Below are positions 1 to 7,359 of a DNA stretch of 23,486 bases, one piece after another. The notes under the pieces are model-generated. The model did not search any database, was not told the origin of the DNA, and worked only from the letters and a program-made list of their open reading frames with translations. This DNA comes from Spirulina subsalsa FACHB-351 (lineage in GTDB: Bacteria; Cyanobacteriota; Cyanobacteriia; Cyanobacteriales; Spirulinaceae). The translations under genes were made by a program, and so were the position numbers. Every line of letters starts with the position of its first letter. Within the stretch, counting starts at the first letter, position 1. The stretch covers positions 1 through 23,486 of the forward strand of contig NZ_JAIHOM010000078.1 in NCBI RefSeq assembly GCF_026130165.1, in the 5' to 3' direction.

Positions 1-95
1 TTTGGCGCTAGACGCAAGTAACGCTTCAGGAGAATGGGCCTCTACTTTGGCTGGAGTAATCCTGTCAGGGCAAGCTGATTCGTTGAGTGAAGAAT

Positions 96-116
96 CCCCG
101 TGCCTTTAGGCCGGGG
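96..116 (-). terminator. Possible hairpin downstream of the substrate-binding-protein gene
   Basis: A GC stem, CCCCG (96-100) with CGGGG (112-116), plus inner GCC/GGC pairs around a TTTA loop. It lies about 10 nt past the stop at 127-129. The minus strand has no clean U-tract, so this is weak. Confidence 0.25.
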
Positions 117-126
117 AGTGTCAATT

Positions 127-1881
127 TTAGCTCCTTCGCCAGTTCATAATATCCCAAGTATTGGAATCCCAAGGAGAGGGTTCAACACCCGTTAAACGGT
201 TACTCACCCCATTCGTATTGGCACGGTCTACAATGGGAATCACCGCCACATCAGCCGCGAGTAACTCATCCATCTGCCGGAATAATGCCGCCCGTTGTTG
301 GGGATTTAGTTCCGTTGCCGACGCTTGCCATAACTGATCATACTCGGGGTTACAGTAGCGGGCATAATTGGGACGCTGCCACTGATTCGCTTTTTGGGAG
401 GCTTCCCCACAAGTCCACCATTTCATGTGAGCGCCGGGGTCTGGGCTATCATTCCCTGTGTTGAACATTTGTAAGTCTGCATAAAAGGCATTAATGGTGT
501 CGGTGCTGGCAGGATCTCCAGAGAAGAAAATGCCCGCGTCAATACTTTTAAGTTCAACACCGACCCCAATCTGTTCTAACCCTTGTTTGACGATTTCTTG
601 GGTCTTTTGTCGCACGGGATTGACAGAGGTTTGGAACAAAACTCGCATTTCTACGCCGTCTTTATCCCTTGTGCCGTTGCCATTGGTATCGCTCCATCCG
701 GCCTCTTCTAACAGTTGGGCGGCTTTTTCGAGGTTAAATTCATAGGAAATCTGGTCAGATTTAAACTGGGTGGGACTCACTAATAATTGGGCAGTTGCTC
801 GTCCGGTGGGGCCATAGAGTTGGTCGGCGATCGCATCTCGGTCAATAGCTAGGTTAAACGCCTGACGCACCTTGAGATCGGAGAAAAAGGGATGGGGAAA
901 TTCCAGACTCGAACGCTCTCCGTCAGCTGTAGCCCGGTTGGGGTCGGTAAAATTCACCATAATCCGCTCTACATAAGGACCAAAAGTCGCCACAACGCGC
1001 CCTTGTCCCGCCGCTTCCAACTGTCTTAAAACATTGGCCTCCACCTGTAAATTATAGGCATAGTCCACATCTCCGGTTTGTAATACTGCGATCGCCGCCG
1101 AATTCGCATCACCCCCCCCTTTCAACTCCACCCGAGAAAACAGCGCCTTTTCCTCCTTATCCCGGAAATTGGGGTTTTGTTCATAAACCACAATATCCCC
1201 CGGTTTAAACTCCACCACCTGATAAGGCCCGGTTCCCACAGGCATTAAATTAGCAGGTGCTTCCCGCGCCTGCTCATTGTTAAACCCCTCAAAAATATGT
1301 TTCGGCAAAATCATCCCATTCTGTCCCGTAAACGGCACAGACCACCCCGGAGTCACTTCCTTAAACGTGATCTTCACCCTATGCTCATCCACCGCTTCCA
1401 CCGTCTCCACCGTGGCATAATTTTCTAAACTGGTGGCCGCTACAGCCGGATTCGACAAATATTCATAGGTGAACACCACATCCTCAGCCGTAAACGGTTC
1501 CCCATCCGACCACTGGACATTCTCTTTTAACTTCCAAGTCACCGACCGACCATCTGCGGCTAAACCCCCATTTTCCACCGTCGGCACCTCAGCCGCCAGA
1601 AATAAAACCAGTTCATCATTACTATCATAACTGGCCAAAGGTTCATAGACAATGCGCGCCGCATCAAAATCCTTAAATCCCGAGGCAAGATGGGGGTTTA
1701 AAATAGTCGGAGCCTGCCAATAGAGCAGGCGTAGTGTATCATCTCCCGTCCCTTGTTCCGTAGAGGGAGAACCTCCCGTCTGAGGGGGTTGACCGGGATT
1801 ACAAGCCGCAAACGTTAAGCTACAGAACAACGATAGCAACACCAACGGGAGAAAAAACCGACGACTGGGCAATTTGAACAA
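127..1881 (-). CDS. ABC transporter substrate-binding lipoprotein, family 5 (peptide/nickel, OppA/DppA-like)
   Basis: Long ORF 127..1926 whose overall pattern resembles SBP_bac_5 proteins. The maximal ORF starts at a TTG at 1926. A TTG at 1881 is preceded by AAAGGAG with 7-nt spacing and gives a textbook lipoprotein signal peptide, MFKLPSRRFFLPLVLLSLFCSLTFAAC. The start is uncertain; the stop is firm. Confidence 0.88.
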   Translation of the reverse strand: MFKLPSRRFFLPLVLLSLFCSLTFAACNPGQPPQTGGSPSTEQGTGDDTLRLLYWQAPTILNPHLASGFKDFDAARIVYEPLASYDSNDELVLFLAAEVPTVENGGLAADGRSVTWKLKENVQWSDGEPFTAEDVVFTYEYLSNPAVAATSLENYATVETVEAVDEHRVKITFKEVTPGWSVPFTGQNGMILPKHIFEGFNNEQAREAPANLMPVGTGPYQVVEFKPGDIVVYEQNPNFRDKEEKALFSRVELKGGGDANSAAIAVLQTGDVDYAYNLQVEANVLRQLEAAGQGRVVATFGPYVERIMVNFTDPNRATADGERSSLEFPHPFFSDLKVRQAFNLAIDRDAIADQLYGPTGRATAQLLVSPTQFKSDQISYEFNLEKAAQLLEEAGWSDTNGNGTRDKDGVEMRVLFQTSVNPVRQKTQEIVKQGLEQIGVGVELKSIDAGIFFSGDPASTDTINAFYADLQMFNTGNDSPDPGAHMKWWTCGEASQKANQWQRPNYARYCNPEYDQLWQASATELNPQQRAALFRQMDELLAADVAVIPIVDRANTNGVSNRLTGVEPSPWDSNTWDIMNWRRS

Positions 1882-2048
1882 CTGAACACTCCTTTTTCTG
1901 ATCAACCTTCTGTTGTTGGTGATCAATTATCGGGGATTCTATCGAATTCTTTTCACTCCGAGCAAAATCAGGGGATGTTTCGCGAAAATTTCTCCCCTTG
2001 TCCCATTTTGTCCCCAGGTTTGCTAGGATAGAGAACGGTAAAAACAAC

Positions 2049-2129
2049 GCGGACGTGGCGGAATTGGTAGACGCGCTAGATTTAGGTTCTAGTATCTTTG
2101 ATGTGAGAGTTCGAGTCTCTCCGTCCGCA
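2049..2129 (+). tRNA. tRNA-Leu, anticodon UAG
   Basis: Cloverleaf read by eye. Acceptor stem GCGGACG/CGTCCGC with discriminator A. D arm GCG-GAATTGGTAGA-CGC. Anticodon stem CTAGA/TCTAG with loop TT-TAG-GT. Long class-II variable arm. T arm GAGAG-TTCGAGT-CTCTC. CCA is not encoded. Confidence 0.93.
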
Positions 2130-2177
2130 TTCACTTGAAACCCTTGCCCTATGTAGGGTCTGCTGACCTGAACAAAC

Positions 2178-2663
2178 ATGGATATTGACCAACAGATTCA
2201 ACGACTGATTGATAAAGCTCCTCCTGATGGAACAGGTGTCCTGATTCAACAAGTGATCGGCCCCGTTTTGCGTGCCTTTGCCGCACAGGTGCAGCATTTG
2301 GAATATTATGTCATGCAAAGCCTAACCCAAGAGTGGGTATTAACCACTCTCAGCAACCGCGCTCAACCCCAACAACAGAAAAAGGTGATCTATGCGTTTG
2401 CTACCCTCAAAGATGCCCGTCAGTTTCAAGAAACCCCGGATCCCAGTTTAATTGCAGTCTGCCTGCCTGTGACTCATATCTTGTTTCAACTGCTGGCAAT
2501 GGAACCGGTGGATAGTGTGGTGTTTATGGATGTTCCCAAAGATTTAAGTCAAGGCAAGGAAGTGAAGCGCCAAGATTTACAAAACTTAGTAACGTCCCAA
2601 ATGGAACAGGTTAAACCTGCGCCCGGTAAGGGATCTCGTTCCATTCCGCCCGATTTGGCTTAG
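2178..2663 (+). CDS. Hypothetical protein (161 aa)
   Basis: Uninterrupted ORF with an ATG start and protein-like composition. The overlapping alternative ORFs look non-coding. I recognise no motif. Confidence 0.6.
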   Translation: MDIDQQIQRLIDKAPPDGTGVLIQQVIGPVLRAFAAQVQHLEYYVMQSLTQEWVLTTLSNRAQPQQQKKVIYAFATLKDARQFQETPDPSLIAVCLPVTHILFQLLAMEPVDSVVFMDVPKDLSQGKEVKRQDLQNLVTSQMEQVKPAPGKGSRSIPPDLA

Positions 2664-2831
2664 GGGGTAATGGTAAGGAGAAGACAAAGAAGCGTGAAGG
2701 CGGAGGGTTGCTCGCGCTAACATGGCTGCATTATGGACAGATAGGAGAGCGACAGTTCTCGCCTCGCTTTCCTCTCCCGTTTCACCCTAAATTGATCTTG
2801 TTTGGCGGGAGTTCTTAGCGAGTTTTATTTG

Positions 2832-3179
2832 ATGGAGCAAGATTCACTACCGACTGATATTATTTTGACCCACCCCCTTGAACATTTAGGTCAAATTCAA
2901 CTAGATTGGACTCCACAACCCGGAAATTATCTCAATTTGTACGGGAAAACCTACGCCATTTTGGAGCGCCATCACCATTATCAGTATCGGTTAGGGGGGT
3001 ATCGTTTACACAGGATTTCTGTGTATGTGCAGGCTGCCCAAAAACCCCAAGAAAAGAGTTGGGTAGAGGGGCGTTGGGTGATTGGCGATGCTAATTGTCG
3101 CCTCAATGCGCGGTCAGAACTCCTACGCTGTGCGGTGAATCCGACGGGGCCCTGTGATGGTTGTCGGTATTTTGAATAA
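2832..3179 (+). CDS. Hypothetical Cys/His-containing small protein (115 aa from the ATG)
   Basis: The track ORF 2802..3179 starts at a TTG; the first ATG is at 2832 (MEQDSLPTD...). It has a His cluster (ERHHHYQY) and a C-terminal Cys pattern, C-x9-C...C-x2-C. Its stop codon lies inside the conserved 29-nt repeat-element arm GAATAACTC... Confidence 0.6.
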   Translation: MEQDSLPTDIILTHPLEHLGQIQLDWTPQPGNYLNLYGKTYAILERHHHYQYRLGGYRLHRISVYVQAAQKPQEKSWVEGRWVIGDANCRLNARSELLRCAVNPTGPCDGCRYFE

Positions 3180-3350
3180 CTCTACTCGTGGGGCTAGGGA
3201 ATAGGGAATAGGGAATAGGGAATTGATAATTGATAATTGTTCCCCCTCTCCCCTGCTCCCCTGCCCCCCTGCTCCCCTGCTCCCCTGCTCCCCCTCTCCC
3301 CTGCTCCCCCTCTCCCCCGCTCCCCTGCTCCTATTCCCGATTCCCGATCA
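3174..3350. repeat. Composite short tandem repeat element between convergent genes
   Basis: A 29-nt arm, GAATAACTCTACTCGTGGGGCTAGGGAAT (3174-3202), is identical to 7048-7076. It is followed by GGGAATA x about 3.9 (3197-3223), TGATAAT x2 (3224-3237), and the octamer TCCCCTGC and variants x11 (3241-3328). Inverted GGGAAT units, TATTCCCGATTCCC (3332-3345), overlap the 3' end of fmt. Confidence 0.9.
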
Positions 3351-4332
3351 ACTGTTCTCCGACGGTTAACCGTTGGCCGTTGACGAAATCCCAACCGGAT
3401 TGGGGCTTTTTCCCGGCAGGTTGTACGGATTGAATCAGTAGTGGGCCGTCTCCGGTTTGGAGGACGAAACCCTGTTTTTTGACGAGGTGCAGGATTGCGC
3501 CCGGTGACTCATTAGAGGGGGTGAGCAGGGTGGAGGCGAGATCCCCTAGGGCGGGGGGGAGTTGGGGGGTGTATGGCTCTCCTAGGGGGGTTGTGGCGAG
3601 GATTTTTAAGGGGGTGCCTCGGAATTGGGTGATGCTGTTGGGGTAAAAGGCGCGGATTTGATTGTGCAGGGCGATCGCGGATTTGGACCAATCTAGCTCA
3701 TAATCCCCTTTCTCAATCAAGGGCGCATAGGTGGCTTCTGCATCATTTTGATCCGTCGGGGTAATTCGCCCTGCGTCTAACTGCTCGACGGTTTCCAGCA
3801 ATAAATCAGCACATTGTTGAGCGAGGATCTCCCCTAAGTCTTGGGCATTATCCCACAAACCAATCGGGACGGATGATTTCAGCAACATGGCCCCGGTGTC
3901 CATGCCTGCATCCATCAGCATAGTAGTCATCCCAGTTTCCTGTTCCCCGTGATACAAACACCACTGAATCGGGGCGGCTCCGCGATATTTGGGCAGTAGG
4001 GAACCATGACCGTTAATACAGCCTAAGCGAGGCAGGGCGAGGATTTCCGGGGATAAGATTTGACCATAAGCTACCACAATAAAGGCGTCGGCTTGACTCT
4101 GGCGCAAAAAATCAAGGGTGTCTCGGTCTTTTTTGACCCGTTTTGGTTGCCAGACGGGGAGATTATGCTCTAAGGCGACTTGTTTCACTGGGGAGGGGAT
4201 TAATTTTTTCCCCCGCCCTCTGGGTTTATCGGGTTGGGTGACGACGGCTAAAACCTCAAAATCTGGGGCGTTGAGGAAACGTTCTAAACTGGGAAGGGCA
4301 AATTGTGGGGTGCCAAAAAAGATGATTTTCAT
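3331..4332 (-). CDS. fmt: Methionyl-tRNA formyltransferase
   Basis: 333 aa. The N-terminus [20 protein letters not shown], the motifs [21 protein letters not shown] and MDAGMDTG, and a C-terminal beta-barrel domain are typical of Fmt. The last five codons, G-N-R-E-stop, are encoded by GGGAAT(C/A) repeat units. Confidence 0.95.
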   Translation of the reverse strand: MKIIFFGTPQFALPSLERFLNAPDFEVLAVVTQPDKPRGRGKKLIPSPVKQVALEHNLPVWQPKRVKKDRDTLDFLRQSQADAFIVVAYGQILSPEILALPRLGCINGHGSLLPKYRGAAPIQWCLYHGEQETGMTTMLMDAGMDTGAMLLKSSVPIGLWDNAQDLGEILAQQCADLLLETVEQLDAGRITPTDQNDAEATYAPLIEKGDYELDWSKSAIALHNQIRAFYPNSITQFRGTPLKILATTPLGEPYTPQLPPALGDLASTLLTPSNESPGAILHLVKKQGFVLQTGDGPLLIQSVQPAGKKPQSGWDFVNGQRLTVGEQLIGNRE

Positions 4333-4409
4333 AAAGGGGTCAATATGTTGATGTTATAATCAATATCTAGTGTTTTGTGGCTGAAAACCGAGATTAAGGG
4401 GGCGAAATT

Positions 4410-5174
4410 ATGGCGATTATCGCACTACGAGCGTGGTATGTAGAAGATTATGAACCGATTCGGGAAATTGTGAAACGTCCCCATGATTTGCGGCTCAGTC
4501 GCAATAGTTTGTTAAAGTCGGGACTGCGGGCGGATTTCCTTGATGATCGGGTGGAGGTGGAAACGTCGGACTGGTTTGGGCGTTATTTGGCGGGGGAGAC
4601 GGTGGAGTTTTACCTTGAGGGGAGTGGATGTTATGCCATTTCTAACATTGATTTGATTTCTCAGGAAATTTATTTTACTAAGCTGGACAGTACGACGGCG
4701 TTAGATCCGGTGATTTTTTTCAGTTACCAACGGGAGTATCCCCCCGCGAGTGAGATGATTCGGGAAGCGTTGGAGGAGGCGATCGCAAAACTCAATGAGC
4801 GATCGCGCCATCCCCTCATCCTACAACTCGCCCAACGCCCCACCGAGGCTCCCCTCCGTTTAAGTTCTCAACAATTACGGCAAATTCGCAAAAGTTTATT
4901 AGTGATCTTTGATGGCAGCCCAGTTTCTTCCTTGGCAGGAGACAAAACCCCTCAACTCCTCCTCAGTCCAGTCGTCTGCGCAGAATTGGGCTATGCCTTA
5001 AACCATAAGCGTTCTGGCCAGATGTTGCTCCTCCAACAAGAGCGCTTAGAGGGTCAAATGCCCTTTGACCTAATGAACCTGCAACAGGTATCATTTAAGA
5101 CTGCCCATGAACTTAAAAAAACCCTCCCTCCTCTGTTGCAAACCCTGCTACAGCCTTTGCATCTTGTGGGCTGA
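4410..5174 (+). CDS. Hypothetical two-domain protein (254 aa); the C-terminal half shows a TIR/nucleoside-deoxyribosyltransferase-like strand-helix pattern
   Basis: ATG start with AAGGGGG 7 nt upstream. The C-terminal half carries VIFFSYQRE..., ...SLLVIFDGSP... and ...SPVVCAELGYALNHKRSGQMLLL. The fold assignment is pattern-based only. Confidence 0.7.
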   Translation: MAIIALRAWYVEDYEPIREIVKRPHDLRLSRNSLLKSGLRADFLDDRVEVETSDWFGRYLAGETVEFYLEGSGCYAISNIDLISQEIYFTKLDSTTALDPVIFFSYQREYPPASEMIREALEEAIAKLNERSRHPLILQLAQRPTEAPLRLSSQQLRQIRKSLLVIFDGSPVSSLAGDKTPQLLLSPVVCAELGYALNHKRSGQMLLLQQERLEGQMPFDLMNLQQVSFKTAHELKKTLPPLLQTLLQPLHLVG

Positions 5175-5251
5175 ATGGGTCGCTTTCCCATTATTCTGTC
5201 CCGAGAGAATCAACATCCGCTAGACTGGGGAGGGAACAAGGAGAAATCTTT

Positions 5252-5503
5252 ATGCCAAGAAAACCAGACGAATATGTCGTCTTTATTTTATTGTCCACGG
5301 GACACCGTGAAGAGGTTCGTTTTAACAGTATTCAGGAGTTCCAGAAATGGTACAGTGGGGAGTTTATCCCTAAAGCGAATGATGATACCTTCATCAGTGT
5401 CCCTATTAAAAACCTACAAGGGGAATACATGGTGCTGCGTCCCAACTGTGTAGCTGCCATCCGTGTTGAACCCGTGTTTGGAGGCAGTGTGGAACGGTAT
5501 TAA
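5252..5503 (+). CDS. Hypothetical small protein (83 aa)
   Basis: ATG preceded by AAGGAG (5238-5243) at 8-nt spacing, with protein-like composition. I prefer it to the overlapping ORF 5175..5453. A strong terminator follows. Confidence 0.6.
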   Translation: MPRKPDEYVVFILLSTGHREEVRFNSIQEFQKWYSGEFIPKANDDTFISVPIKNLQGEYMVLRPNCVAAIRVEPVFGGSVERY

Positions 5504-5567
5504 TTAATAGTTAATTATCAATTAATTATTAAAAGTTGTCACTTCTTCCCTTAATCAGCAAGGACTA

Positions 5568-5592
5568 CCCCCCCAAGCTCGGGGGGGTTTTT
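5568..5592 (+). terminator. Rho-independent terminator
   Basis: C7 (5568-5574) / AAGCTC loop / G7 (5581-5587), followed by T5 (5588-5592), 65 nt after the stop at 5503. The 3' half plus U-tract is then repeated as a perfect 19-bp tandem duplication (5584-5602 and 5603-5621). Confidence 0.8.
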
Positions 5593-5868
5593 GTTCTGCT
5601 TAGGGGTTTTTGTTCTGCTTAATTGGTTTGCATTATCACAAAAAAAATTTTTGTCAAGGGATACAAAGAGGATAAACTCTTGTATAGTTTCGTATAGTTT
5701 TGTAGCACAAGATTTCCCCGAAGTAATATCTCATCCTTGTGGGTCTATTGCTGGAGTGGGAGGATGAAATTCCCCAATTTTGGAACAATCTCAGAAGTTT
5801 GCGGATCAAATACCCCTACTGTCTGAACAATGATTCTGAACACCAACTAAAGATTATTGAACTCACCG

Positions 5869-7038
5869 ATGAAAAAAACACTCACACTATTTGCGTTAGG
5901 TTTGGGGCTGGCGATGGGAATGCCCCAAGTGCCACTCCAAGCCCAACAAGCCCCTCTTACTTGGTCAAATCCCCATCGTCAAGCTCCCAATTTAGCGTTA
6001 GATGAGCAACTGTGGGGCAGTTTAGGACAACCGGGGGATAAACAGGCGTTGATTCGATCCATTGACCACAGTTTGCGTTATTTAGACACCCCGGCCGCTG
6101 CCCGAGCGTATCAAAATTATCCCATTCGTTGGATTACTCGCGATCGCGTCCGTCGATCCCTGCAACGCTTCCGCCATCTGGTACTCACCAGCAACAGTCC
6201 TCAAGAATTACAAGCAGCCGTTAAACGGGAATTTGTCTTTTACAAATCTATAGGCAGTCCGCGCTACGGTGGACAAGTATTCTTTACAGGCTATTACGAA
6301 CCCACTTATCCAGCGAGTCGTGTTCGGACTCCCGAGTATCGTTATCCCCTCTATCGTCGTCCCAGCAGCTTAGAAAGCTGGAAAGCTCCCCATCCCAGTC
6401 GCGCTCAACTCGAAGGGGCCGATGGCACGGGGAAAGATAGCATTTTAGCGGGTTATGAATTGGTTTGGTTGCGCGATCGCCTTCAAGCTTTCCTCGTTCA
6501 AGTTCAAGGTTCCGCCCGTCTGCAATTAACCGATGGTAGCACCATGACCGTAGGTTTTCACGGCAGCACCGATTATCCCTACGTCAGCGTAGGACAAGAA
6601 ATGATCAAAGATGGGCTACACCCGGCTGATGGCTTCACCCTGCCCAAAATGATCAACATCTTCCAACAAAACCCCGACCTGCTCAACGTTTATATTCCCC
6701 GGAACAACCGCTTTATTTTCTTCCGAGAAACCCACGGCGCACCGGCCACCGGGAGCATTAGCGTCCCCGTAACCCCCGACCGTTCCATTGCCACCGATAA
6801 ATCCCTGATGCCCCCGGGAGCTCTCGCCCTCATCCACACCCGTATCCCCTTCCCCGATGGTCAAGGAGGTATGATTACCCCCGAGGTGAGCCGCTTCGTG
6901 TTAGACCAAGACACCGGAAGCGCCATCAGAACCCCCGGTCGAGTGGATGTGTTCATGGGAACTGGCCCAGTAGCAGGCGATCGCGCTGGTGTCATGGGAT
7001 ATCGCGGAGCCCTGTACTATCTCATGTTAAAAGAATAA
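5869..7038 (+). CDS. mltA: Membrane-bound lytic murein transglycosylase A family protein (MltA + 3D domains)
   Basis: The track ORF starts at a TTG at 5857. The ATG at 5869 gives the signal peptide MKKTLTLFALGLGLAMGMPQVPLQAQ. Motifs FFTGYYEP, LVQVQGSARLQLTDGS and DQDTGSAIRTPGRVDVFMGTG match the MltA/3D family. Confidence 0.85.
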   Translation: MKKTLTLFALGLGLAMGMPQVPLQAQQAPLTWSNPHRQAPNLALDEQLWGSLGQPGDKQALIRSIDHSLRYLDTPAAARAYQNYPIRWITRDRVRRSLQRFRHLVLTSNSPQELQAAVKREFVFYKSIGSPRYGGQVFFTGYYEPTYPASRVRTPEYRYPLYRRPSSLESWKAPHPSRAQLEGADGTGKDSILAGYELVWLRDRLQAFLVQVQGSARLQLTDGSTMTVGFHGSTDYPYVSVGQEMIKDGLHPADGFTLPKMINIFQQNPDLLNVYIPRNNRFIFFRETHGAPATGSISVPVTPDRSIATDKSLMPPGALALIHTRIPFPDGQGGMITPEVSRFVLDQDTGSAIRTPGRVDVFMGTGPVAGDRAGVMGYRGALYYLMLKE

Positions 7039-7175
7039 GGGCTTGCGGAATAACTCTACTCGTGGGGCTAGGGAATTGATAATTGATAATTGATAATTGT
7101 CAATTATCAATTGTCAATTGATAATTTCTCCCCCGCTCCCCTACTCCCCTACTCCCCGAGTTATTGAGTAAGCCC
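7039..7175. repeat. 137-bp imperfect palindromic (MITE-like) copy of the composite repeat element
   Basis: The left end is GGGCTTGCGGAATAACTC...GGGG. The reverse complement of the right end is GGGCTTACTCAATAACTCGGGG. The interior holds GGGAAT, TGATAAT x3, the central palindrome GATAATTG-T-CAATTATC, and then C-rich CTCCCCTA units. Confidence 0.85.
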
Positions 7176-7359
7176 TAGGTATTTTTTGGGGCGTAAATTT
7201 TGGAGGATTAATTGTTTCCGAGAGAATCTCCTACCATTAACATTGAGGGATAAACGGGTGCTACCTTTAACAAAATGTTGCGGAATTCCCCTTCCTCGCC
7301 AACGGCAGGGTGGGGTAGTTCACACCGATCCCCAACCTAACGAACCAGTTGATGTGGTA

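Noticed and set aside
3194-3433. ORFs 3194..3394(-) and 3230..3433(+), which encode GAGERG- and PLPCSPAP-type low-complexity proteins
   Set aside because: They are translations of the GGGAATA and TCCCCTGC tandem repeats on both strands. Their open frames are a by-product of repeat periodicity.
5175-5453. The 92-aa ORF overlapping the 83-aa gene
   Set aside because: It has no SD and odd composition. The alternative frame, 5252..5503, has an AAGGAG SD and a downstream terminator.
5739-6005. The 88-aa ORF overlapping the mltA 5' end
   Set aside because: It has a non-ATG start, it overlaps the MltA signal-peptide region out of frame, and its tail is low-complexity.
7186-7359. N-terminal extension of the PG-binding/HEAT protein from the TTG at 7186
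   Set aside because: The extension is Cys/Arg-rich and non-protein-like, and it begins right at the repeat element. The ATG at 7360 yields a proper signal/anchor sequence.
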